From: a virus
Taxonomy: Duplodnaviria > Caudoviricetes
DNA length: 26,899 nucleotides
Direction: 5' to 3' (one strand)
IMG/VR virus record: IMGVR_UViG_3300039180_000843
Location: 1-26,899 of that record
Position numbers and translations under genes: made by a program. The notes under the pieces were generated by a model. That model did not search any database, was not told where the DNA came from, and saw only the letters and a program-made list of their open reading frames with translations. Positions 7,550 through 15,785 of this stretch are shown here, one piece after another (within the stretch, counting starts at the first letter, position 1; every line of letters begins with the position of its first letter).

Positions 7550-10500
7550 ATGCCAATAGTTACAACAAATTTTATTGCAGGTAGAATGAACAAATCTGTG
7601 GATGAAAGACTTCTTCCTCCAGGTGAATATGTTGATGCAATGAATGTACGTTTAGGCTCTACAGAAGCTACTGAAATAGGAGCTGTAGAGAACTCAAAAG
7701 GAAATGAGCAGCTAACTACCATTCAATACAACGGAGTGGCTTTAAGCTCTGCTGCTGTGTGTATAGGGGCGTATGAAGATGGCGTTAGAGAAACTATTTA
7801 CTGGTTTATTCATGACGGTTCAAATACTGAAGCTCCTGGTGGAGTTGTTGATTTAGTGGTATCATATAACACTACTAATCAAATAGTTAATTATCATGTA
7901 ATTACAGTTGGGATTTTAAATTTTGATCCTTTATTTTTAATAACAGGCGTTGATTTAATTGAAGATTTATTGTTTTGGACAGATGACAAAAATCCTCCTC
8001 GAACATTAAATATAAACAGAAATTACCCAGAACCAATTGCAAATGTAGATCAAATTATAGAAGAAGATATATCTGTAGTCGTAAAGCCACCTGGTTTTGA
8101 AAACATTGTAGGTGCAAATATTCCTTTACCAGCGCCAACATTAAATTTTTTAAATATTGCAGGTAATCAAAACTATATAGAAAATAGATTTTTATGTTTT
8201 GCATATAGATATAGGTATGAAGATGGGCAGTATAGTGCAACATCTTTGTTTACCAATCCAGGATTTGTTCCTCGTCCATTTCAATTTAGTACAAAAAACT
8301 ATTGTAATGACGGAATGTTAAATCTGTATAACGGAATTGAAGTTAAATTTTCTACTGGTAGTTCAAGAGTAAAAGAAGTTGATTTATTATTTAAAGATAC
8401 TAATTCAAATACATTAAATGTAATTGAAAGATTTAAAAAAGAAGATCTTGGTTGGGCGAATAATACAAGTAAATCTTACACTTTTACTAACAATAAAATA
8501 TACACTGTATTAGGTAATGATGAATTACTTAGACAGTTTGATAATGTACCACGTTTAGCAAAAGCTCAAACAATACAAGGTAATCGTTTAATGTATGGTA
8601 ACTATGTAGATGGTTATAACATTTCAAGACCAGATGCAAATGGAAACACAATTGCTGTAGACTACAACACAAGTTTAATTAATAGTGTTATAGGTTTTGC
8701 TGAATTACCATTAGGTCTTTTAAATAATGGGTTAACATACACTTTAGATCCAAATCCTGGACAAAGTGAAATTATTACTAATTCAAAAGTTACTATTGAT
8801 TTTTCTTCAATTGCTGATAAATTAAAAGCTAATTCTTTAATAGGGTTAACATTTAATTTTGACAGTGATAAAAGAGTTTTTTTCCCAACAGGAACTGCTG
8901 CTGCTACTGCAAATATTAATTTTGAAAATCAACCTTTCACCCTTTCTGTAAATATAACATTAGATCAAGACTATTCAAGTCCATATGATTTTTTTAATAG
9001 CCCATTGTTTGCAGAACGTATTGGTACTATTCTTGGCACTAATTTTCAACCTATCGCTACAGCTGATCAAGGAAACTCATTAACAGATTTTTTTAATAAT
9101 GAACTTTCATCTCCAGCTATAGGAACGTATCCCTTTGTTAAATTTAATAGTAGTATTTCAGATGCGTCAATACAACAAGGATTTAATATTTCAAATTTTT
9201 CTCCAGGATCAAACACTTGTGATATTCAAACTATTGCAATGGCATTTCTGAGTACTGATACATCAGATCCTGCTAATCCTATAACTACTAAATTATATGA
9301 ATATTTTAGATTTATATCTGTAGAAGCTGCTTTTACAACAGACTTAGACACAGGAAGTTTACATAGTGATCGTGACTATGAAACAGGTATTGTATACAGT
9401 GACGAGTATGGAAGGTCTTCTACTGTTTTGGTTTCTGAATATAATACTGTTTATGTAGAACCTGGTAATAGTATTACCTCAAATAGTATACAAGTTGCGG
9501 TATCATCCAGAGCGCCATATTGGGCTGAACGATATAAATTTGTAGTTAAACCAAGCAAAGCAGGTTATGAAACTATTTTTTGTAATTTTTATTATGTTAG
9601 ACCAAGTGATAATATGGTTTTCTTTAGGCTTGAAGGAGATAATGCAAACAAGGTTCAAAAAGGACAGACTCTTGCTATAAAAGCTGATGTAAGTGGACCG
9701 CTATCAAGAGTTGAAACATGTGAAATTTTAGAAATCAGTGCAGAGCCAACCAATTTTTTAGATGATGCCAACGAGTTTGGAGATGGATCTTTTCAATTAA
9801 AAGGTTTATACATGCAAATCAAAAATCAAAATTTTGATATTGTTATACCAGATGATTCTCTTATAGAATTTGGAAATGTAAGAAAAACTTCTTCAGTGAG
9901 AGGCTGTACAAATAGCAGAAAAATTGGTTATAAATGTTTTACAACAGACCCTGACACTAATGTAACTACAAATTATCCTGTGCCAGGAGGTACTGTTATA
10001 AGAATAAAAGTAACAGCGTATCGTAATGACACTTTTAATGGAGATTCTTGTCAAGAAATAAAATGGGAATGGGAGCAGGAATATATAGCAAGTAGAGACT
10101 ACACTGACATGAGAAGATGGTGGCTTGGAGATAATATAAATCCAGCTCTTGGACAGCCAGGGAATATACAAGATGAAACCACTATAGTAAACAACACTAA
10201 TTTAGTGCCTCCATTTTTTACTGGTAATAGTGTTGCAAATAATATGGCGTGTACTACATGGGATGTAACATTCCAGTGGATACAAGACAATGCTCAAGGA
10301 ATAAATGATCCTTTATATTTAGGAGTTTCTTCAGGTATTAAAGGGTGTAATAGATTTTTTAATCCTGACAGAACATCTGATTTAGATGTTGAGTTAATAG
10401 TTTTTAGAGCAAATACTTTAGTGGTATTTGAAACAGAGCCAAATGATGCTAATGCAGAATTGTATTACGATGCTTCTCAATCGTTTCCTATTTCGCAGCC

Positions 10501-12346
10501 AGATGGTTTTCATATGTCTGGTGTTAATAGTGATTTAGGAGATCAAAACCAAACTGCTTCGCAAGATGCTGTAATAAATTTAGATTTTAAAGATTGTTTT
10601 TCTTTTGGTAATGGAGTAGAAAGTTTTAAAATAAAAGATCAATTAGCTGGAAGATCATTTCAGTTAGGCCAAAGAACTTTAGCTGTTTCTAATCAAGACT
10701 TTAAAGAAGCGGATAGATTTGAAGGTATTACTTATAGTGGTGTTTTTAGTAGCAATAGTGGAGTAAATAATTTAAATGAATTTAATTTAGGTTTAGCAAA
10801 CTTTAAAGATTGTGAAACTTCATTTGGGCCAATACAAAAAATGCATGCTCGTGAAACAGATATTTTAGTTTTACAAGAAGACAGAATTACTTATGTATTA
10901 GCAAGTAAAAACTTAATTAGTGACAGTACTGGCGGAGGTGTTATAGCTTCAGTTCCTCAAATTTTAGGAACACAAATAGCTCGTATTGAAGAGTATGGTA
11001 TTAGTTATAATCCTGAAAGTTTTGTATCTCACGGATATGACATGTTTTTTACTGATGTAAAAAGAGGTGCTGTATTAAAATTAAGAGGTACAAGTAGAAA
11101 TAATGATTCTTTAGAAGTAATATCTCAACAAGGAATGCGTTCTTGGTTTAGGGATGAATTTTATGAATCAATTCAAACACAAAAATTAGGTGGTTTTGAT
11201 CCTTACATGGATGAATATGTTTTAGCAATGAATTGCGATCAAATACCCTTACCTCCAGAAATTTCTCAATGTGGTTATAAATTACAAAGAAATGGATTAT
11301 TAACTGGAGCATCAAACGCTATTGTTAGTGTTATAAATTATGGTGCATTAATAGGTACAGCTAATTTCAATTATAACATTTCTTCTGGCTCAATAACAAT
11401 TTCTGTATTATGGAATGGTGTTACAACAACAAGCGCTACCTTAACTGGATCTGGAACGTTTAGTTTTAATAAAACTTTAAATAGTCCTGCGAATGCAACA
11501 GTAACATTTACTGCGATTACAGCAGCATCTTTTGTAGTGACAGCTGACTGTGTAGCTTCTACAGATATAACAGTTGTAAAAATTGTTATGAACTCTCCAG
11601 AACAAAGTGGAGAATTTATTCATGTAGAATATCTGTGGGAAGATACCGCTAATATTAGTCCAGTAGATTCAGATTTAGCAGAGTTAGGTTCAAGTAATTT
11701 AGTAGCTTCAATTTATGATGCTCAAACAGGAGTAAGATCTTTAGGAGTTTTTCCTTATGATGGTATAGATTTAACATTGCGTTCTAATAAAATAAATTTT
11801 GATACTTATGATTGGGGTTATCCTAATGATAATTTTAAATATTTATCAAGCAATACTTTATATGCCAATAATCAAGCTAATATAGCTTCATTATTAGCAG
11901 CGGCTACTACAGTATCAAACGGATCTGTAACTAACCCATCAGCTGGGTTATATCAAACAACAATAAATAATTTATCTTTACCAGCAGGTAATCAGTATTT
12001 ATATTTAATATATGATTATAGATTAATTAGTTGTCAAGAATTTTGTTATGACGCAAGTTCTTCTGCATCTGCCTGTTGTGATTGTTCTTTTACATACACC
12101 TCATACTCAAGTAGTACTGTATTTAATACTGCATCAAATGTTTGTGGTCAACCATTAAATGTAACATATTATCATTCAGGAAGTAGTACGTTGCCAGTAT
12201 ATGGAGATTTTGTATATTCTGCATCAGATGGAGCTATTGGAAGTAATTTGTCAACAGGATTTTATAAGATAAGTGCAACAAGTTATATAACAGTAAATCA
12301 ATTTGGCTTAGTTACTGCGGTAACTACATGCCCACAAATAAATTAA
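7550..12346 (+). CDS. Tail muzzle/nozzle (stabilisation) protein, N-terminal part plus about 370-aa Cys-rich extension
   Basis: N-terminus NFIAGRMNKSVDERLLPPGEYVDAMNVR..GAVENSKGN, LLFWTDDKNPPR, NRLMYGNYVDGY, FGPIQKMHARETDILVLQEDR, YGISYNPESF and GGFDP are as recalled for crAss-like stabilisation proteins (P22 gp10/T7 gp12 analogues). Confidence 0.8.
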   Translation: MPIVTTNFIAGRMNKSVDERLLPPGEYVDAMNVRLGSTEATEIGAVENSKGNEQLTTIQYNGVALSSAAVCIGAYEDGVRETIYWFIHDGSNTEAPGGVVDLVVSYNTTNQIVNYHVITVGILNFDPLFLITGVDLIEDLLFWTDDKNPPRTLNINRNYPEPIANVDQIIEEDISVVVKPPGFENIVGANIPLPAPTLNFLNIAGNQNYIENRFLCFAYRYRYEDGQYSATSLFTNPGFVPRPFQFSTKNYCNDGMLNLYNGIEVKFSTGSSRVKEVDLLFKDTNSNTLNVIERFKKEDLGWANNTSKSYTFTNNKIYTVLGNDELLRQFDNVPRLAKAQTIQGNRLMYGNYVDGYNISRPDANGNTIAVDYNTSLINSVIGFAELPLGLLNNGLTYTLDPNPGQSEIITNSKVTIDFSSIADKLKANSLIGLTFNFDSDKRVFFPTGTAAATANINFENQPFTLSVNITLDQDYSSPYDFFNSPLFAERIGTILGTNFQPIATADQGNSLTDFFNNELSSPAIGTYPFVKFNSSISDASIQQGFNISNFSPGSNTCDIQTIAMAFLSTDTSDPANPITTKLYEYFRFISVEAAFTTDLDTGSLHSDRDYETGIVYSDEYGRSSTVLVSEYNTVYVEPGNSITSNSIQVAVSSRAPYWAERYKFVVKPSKAGYETIFCNFYYVRPSDNMVFFRLEGDNANKVQKGQTLAIKADVSGPLSRVETCEILEISAEPTNFLDDANEFGDGSFQLKGLYMQIKNQNFDIVIPDDSLIEFGNVRKTSSVRGCTNSRKIGYKCFTTDPDTNVTTNYPVPGGTVIRIKVTAYRNDTFNGDSCQEIKWEWEQEYIASRDYTDMRRWWLGDNINPALGQPGNIQDETTIVNNTNLVPPFFTGNSVANNMACTTWDVTFQWIQDNAQGINDPLYLGVSSGIKGCNRFFNPDRTSDLDVELIVFRANTLVVFETEPNDANAELYYDASQSFPISQPDGFHMSGVNSDLGDQNQTASQDAVINLDFKDCFSFGNGVESFKIKDQLAGRSFQLGQRTLAVSNQDFKEADRFEGITYSGVFSSNSGVNNLNEFNLGLANFKDCETSFGPIQKMHARETDILVLQEDRITYVLASKNLISDSTGGGVIASVPQILGTQIARIEEYGISYNPESFVSHGYDMFFTDVKRGAVLKLRGTSRNNDSLEVISQQGMRSWFRDEFYESIQTQKLGGFDPYMDEYVLAMNCDQIPLPPEISQCGYKLQRNGLLTGASNAIVSVINYGALIGTANFNYNISSGSITISVLWNGVTTTSATLTGSGTFSFNKTLNSPANATVTFTAITAASFVVTADCVASTDITVVKIVMNSPEQSGEFIHVEYLWEDTANISPVDSDLAELGSSNLVASIYDAQTGVRSLGVFPYDGIDLTLRSNKINFDTYDWGYPNDNFKYLSSNTLYANNQANIASLLAAATTVSNGSVTNPSAGLYQTTINNLSLPAGNQYLYLIYDYRLISCQEFCYDASSSASACCDCSFTYTSYSSSTVFNTASNVCGQPLNVTYYHSGSSTLPVYGDFVYSASDGAIGSNLSTGFYKISATSYITVNQFGLVTAVTTCPQIN
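11231..11246 (+). repeat. Left copy of imperfect direct repeat AATTGCGA-TCAAATAC
   Basis: Matches 13677-13693 (AATTGCGAATCATATAC): 8-nt exact core, 15 of 17 with one gap; both read Asn-Cys in frame. Confidence 0.55.
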
Positions 12347-12349
12347 TAA

Positions 12350-13651
12350 ATGGCAGCATTAGGAACATATTGTTTTGATGGATTAAATTTTTCACAAGCC
12401 TCGGCATTGTATACAGACTCAACTCTTACTACGCTTTCGCCAGATGGTTGGTATTCTCAAGGGAATATTATAAGACAACAACTGAATGGTGTTTTATTAA
12501 ACGCTCAACCATGTGGTACATGTTTAGTTGCATGTGGTTCAGGTGTTGATGCATCTTTTAGTAGTAATGGTTTTTTTAGCGCTGACATTGATTTAGCGAA
12601 TGACACTGGTGCGGTTATTTTATATTTTTATATGGGTAGTTCTATCCCTGACGGTGTACTAACAACATATAATGGTAGTACATATAATAGACTTACTTGT
12701 GAAGGAAACCACAATACTTATACAATAGTTGATGGCTCTAACACTCAAGTTGATTATTCAGGAATTAACAATCAAGGCACTGGAAGAATTACTTATGTAG
12801 GTAATAGTAATACCTCTTTATTAAGTGACTCACCTTATAACACAACACCATCAGGTACTTGTACGTCTGGGGATAAACCTCAAAATTACACATATACTGG
12901 ATCTTCATATGTTGCTCAAGGTACTTATGAAACAGTAACTGTGGCTTCAAATGAAATTGGAGTAAATCCAAGTGGAAGCAGAGTGTTTACTATGGTTGTT
13001 CCTAAAACTTCGGCATCTCCATCAACAATTAATTTATTGATTGGCGCGCCTATGTGTGGAACATTTTTTAGATGGGAAGTAGATTGCCCAATAGCTTTAC
13101 CAAACTTTAATGCGTCTGCGGCTCAAAGCACAACAGCTTGTGCTGCTGCTACAACAACATATTATTTCGCAAGAAATGCAACAGGAACATCAGGTGCGTT
13201 TGTAGTTGATACAAATACAACTCCAAATATAGGTAACTGGGTGTTTTCAGATGCAAATGGTTCAACTTATTTAAATGACACGTCTACTATACAGTATTAC
13301 ATAATAGCAAACACTACTGCAATTGGTGTACGAAATGGAGTTGTAGTTTCATCTGCATCTTGTAGTGGAGGAGGAGGAGGAACTAACACAGCTTTCTTTG
13401 GAACATCAGGAACTTCTTCGTTAGCAGATGGTATGTGTAATGTAAATGTAGCAAATCTTTTATATCATGATGGTACTGGAACTCTACCTCAAGTTGGAGA
13501 TACAATTTATTCAGGATCATCTCCTTCATCTTCAACTGTTACTTGGACTGACTATAAAGGTTTTAATCCAGCAGACGTTGGAGGCGGTTCAACAAGTTCA
13601 GGAACAGTAAATGCGTCAGGAGTTATTCAATTAATTGCATTATGCCCATAA
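12350..13651 (+). CDS. Ser/Thr/Gly/Cys-rich tail appendage or receptor-binding-like protein with repeated modules
   Basis: 433 aa, few charged residues; modules such as LYHDGTGTLPQVGDTIY...GVIQLIALCP match the end of the preceding gene (YYHSGSSTLPVYGDFVY...GLVTAVTTCP). Confidence 0.65.
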   Translation: MAALGTYCFDGLNFSQASALYTDSTLTTLSPDGWYSQGNIIRQQLNGVLLNAQPCGTCLVACGSGVDASFSSNGFFSADIDLANDTGAVILYFYMGSSIPDGVLTTYNGSTYNRLTCEGNHNTYTIVDGSNTQVDYSGINNQGTGRITYVGNSNTSLLSDSPYNTTPSGTCTSGDKPQNYTYTGSSYVAQGTYETVTVASNEIGVNPSGSRVFTMVVPKTSASPSTINLLIGAPMCGTFFRWEVDCPIALPNFNASAAQSTTACAAATTTYYFARNATGTSGAFVVDTNTTPNIGNWVFSDANGSTYLNDTSTIQYYIIANTTAIGVRNGVVVSSASCSGGGGGTNTAFFGTSGTSSLADGMCNVNVANLLYHDGTGTLPQVGDTIYSGSSPSSSTVTWTDYKGFNPADVGGGSTSSGTVNASGVIQLIALCP

Positions 13652-13667
13652 TAATAAATAAAAAAAT

Positions 13668-14483
13668 ATGTCTTTAAATTGCGAATCATATACATTATCA
13701 TACAGCGAAACATCTAAAGGGTGGCCATCGTTTTACTCATTTGTTCCTGACTTTATGATAGGAATGAATAGTTATTTTTATAGTTTTAAGGGAGGTAATA
13801 TATTTAGGCATAACACAGGAGCTGCACGTAATACATATTATGGTCAGTATAGTAATTCTACTATAACAAGTGTGTTTAACCCAGAGCCTACTTTAAGTAT
13901 TAAGTTATTTAAAACACTATCATACGAAGCAACAACAACGGTAGTTGATACCAGTGAAGCAAGATGGGAGTGTACTCGACTACTTACAGATCTAACTGAT
14001 GGTACTCCAGGTTCAATGTTGGAAACTTACTTTGAGGAAAAAGAAGGAGAGTGGTTTAGTTACCTTAGAACAAATGCTGGTACAGTAAACTGGAAACAAC
14101 GTTCTGCAAATGGTGTAGGTGTATGTACAAATGTAACTGGACCTAACACCGCAACTGTAGTTACTTTCGCAACACCTGTTGGCTCATTACTAAATATTGG
14201 AGATACAGCATACGCGGCAACTTTAAATGCTGGAGTTGCGACTACAGCACCTATTTTAATAGGAGAAATTATTGCAAAATCAAGCACAAGTATTACTGTA
14301 AATGCTTCTCCAGGAGGAAGTACAGTTCCAACAGTTGGACAGTTTATTATGTTTATAAAAAATGCGGTTGCAGAGTCTCACGGAGCGAGAGGATATTACT
14401 TAGAATTTAAGTTAGAGAACAACTCTACAGATCCAGTTGAACTGTTTGCTGTAGGAAGTAGTGTGATGAAAAGTTATCCATAG
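13668..14483 (+). CDS. Separately encoded C-terminal part of the muzzle/stabilisation protein
   Basis: TLSYSETSKGWPSFYSFVPD..., RNTYYG, VFNPEP..KLFKTL, FEEKEGEWF, RGYY and ELFAV are motifs I recall from the C-terminus of single-chain stabilisation proteins. Confidence 0.7.
   Translation: MSLNCESYTLSYSETSKGWPSFYSFVPDFMIGMNSYFYSFKGGNIFRHNTGAARNTYYGQYSNSTITSVFNPEPTLSIKLFKTLSYEATTTVVDTSEARWECTRLLTDLTDGTPGSMLETYFEEKEGEWFSYLRTNAGTVNWKQRSANGVGVCTNVTGPNTATVVTFATPVGSLLNIGDTAYAATLNAGVATTAPILIGEIIAKSSTSITVNASPGGSTVPTVGQFIMFIKNAVAESHGARGYYLEFKLENNSTDPVELFAVGSSVMKSYP
13677..13693 (+). repeat. Right copy of imperfect direct repeat AATTGCGAATCATATAC
   Basis: See 11231-11246. Confidence 0.55.
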
Positions 14484-14485
14484 AA

Positions 14486-14500
14486 TTTTGTTATCTTTGT
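14486..14500 (+). promoter_or_regulatory. Promoter motif TTTTGTTATCTTTGT (-7 element 14492-14499) for the GNAT/cargo unit
   Basis: Identical to 5244-5258; the -7 element ends 17 nt before ATG 14517. Confidence 0.8.
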
Positions 14501-14516
14501 TATTAAATTATATTTA

Positions 14517-14924
14517 ATGGAATTTAATATACGTAGGCTTAACGAAAATGATTGGGATACATTGGTGTCTTGGTGGGATGAATGGCCAGGTTGGCAAAAT
14601 CCTTCTAAAGACTTTTTACCAGACAATGGTACAGGTGGTTTAATAGTAGAAAAAGATAATGTTCCTATTGTTGCAGGATTTATGTATTTTACAAATTCTA
14701 TGGGAGTTTTATTAGAGTGGATTGTGTCTAATCCATCTTATAAAGATGATGACAGACAGGATGCTATTGAGTTTTTAATTCTTACTTGTGAAGAATACAT
14801 AAAAGCTAACGGTAAAAAATATATATTTAGTATTGGAAGAAACAAACATTTAATTGAAACTCATAAAAAGTTAGGTTACCATGTGGATGAAAAAATATCA
14901 CATGAAATAATAAAAAAAATATAA
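14517..14924 (+). CDS. GNAT-fold acetyltransferase-like protein (positional equivalent of T7 gp13)
   Basis: 135 aa with GNAT pattern: IRRLNENDW start, GLIVEKDNVPIVAGFMY hairpin, LEWIVSNPSYK, terminal HKKLGY. Confidence 0.7.
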   Translation: MEFNIRRLNENDWDTLVSWWDEWPGWQNPSKDFLPDNGTGGLIVEKDNVPIVAGFMYFTNSMGVLLEWIVSNPSYKDDDRQDAIEFLILTCEEYIKANGKKYIFSIGRNKHLIETHKKLGYHVDEKISHEIIKKI

Positions 14925-14925
14925 T

Positions 14926-15780
14926 ATGGCGGCATTTACAGCAATAGCAACTGGTGTAGGATTAGCGATTTCAGCAACATCAGCTGGAATGAGTTTTTCT
15001 CAAGCAGCAAAGCAAAAAAAAATAGCATCAAAAGCTAATAAAGCAACTGATAAATTAATGAAGGAGGCTGAAAGAAAAGCTGAAGTTGAGTTTATGCAAA
15101 AACTTAATGTTCCTTTAGATGCTTATGATAGACAAGAAGAGCGTAACATACAAAGTCAACAACAAAACATTGAGATGTTACAACAAGGTGACCCTCGTAA
15201 TGTATTAGCTGGTTTAGGTTCTGTTGGAGCAGGAGCTACTAATTCAGCAGAACAAAACCGTATTGCTAAAGGAAAAGAATTATTTGCTTTACAACAAATG
15301 CAAGTTCAAGAGCAATCAGATATTAATCAAGACCTTAAAGACATGAAGGTTGGTGCAGCTGCCGATCAAAGTATGAGATCAAGAGATGCTCAAGAAGCGT
15401 CAGCAGCAGCTATGCAACAAGGTGTTGCATCAGTTGGTCAAGTTGTTCAAGGAGCTGCAAGCTTAGTGCCTTTATTTGCTAAAAGCGGAGCAGATAGAGC
15501 AGCCTCTAAAATGGCAGATGGCTTAGATCAATCTTTGTTAGAAACATCAGTAGTAAATAAAAATGCAGATGCGGCAAAATACACACAATACTCTACTGAA
15601 GGAGGAGCAGATTACGACATGAATAAAGCTGCGTTATATCAAGATATAAATAAAACACCTTTAGGTAGAAATCAAGTTATATCAAGATTGCAAGATGGAA
15701 GGTTTACGGATGCTCAACTAAAAGCATATAGAAAGACTGGCGTATATGATCAATCTTTTTATGATATTTTAAATAGATAA
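14926..15780 (+). CDS. Internal virion/ejection protein (T7 gp14-like position)
   Basis: Hydrophobic Ala/Gly N-terminus (MAAFTAIATGVGLAISATSAGMSF), then Q/A-rich coiled coil and further Gly/Ala-rich segments. Confidence 0.65.
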   Translation: MAAFTAIATGVGLAISATSAGMSFSQAAKQKKIASKANKATDKLMKEAERKAEVEFMQKLNVPLDAYDRQEERNIQSQQQNIEMLQQGDPRNVLAGLGSVGAGATNSAEQNRIAKGKELFALQQMQVQEQSDINQDLKDMKVGAAADQSMRSRDAQEASAAAMQQGVASVGQVVQGAASLVPLFAKSGADRAASKMADGLDQSLLETSVVNKNADAAKYTQYSTEGGADYDMNKAALYQDINKTPLGRNQVISRLQDGRFTDAQLKAYRKTGVYDQSFYDILNR

Positions 15781-15785
15781 ACAAC

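Noticed and set aside
11231-13682. Split intein or self-splicing intron explaining the muzzle interruption (Asn-Cys junctions)
   Set aside because: No Hint-domain motifs, homing endonuclease or non-coding ribozyme space; the insert is fully coding for structural-looking protein.
15014-15022. A9 run in the 284-aa gene as a frameshift site
   Set aside because: The -1 frame stops within six codons and there is no supporting codon anomaly.
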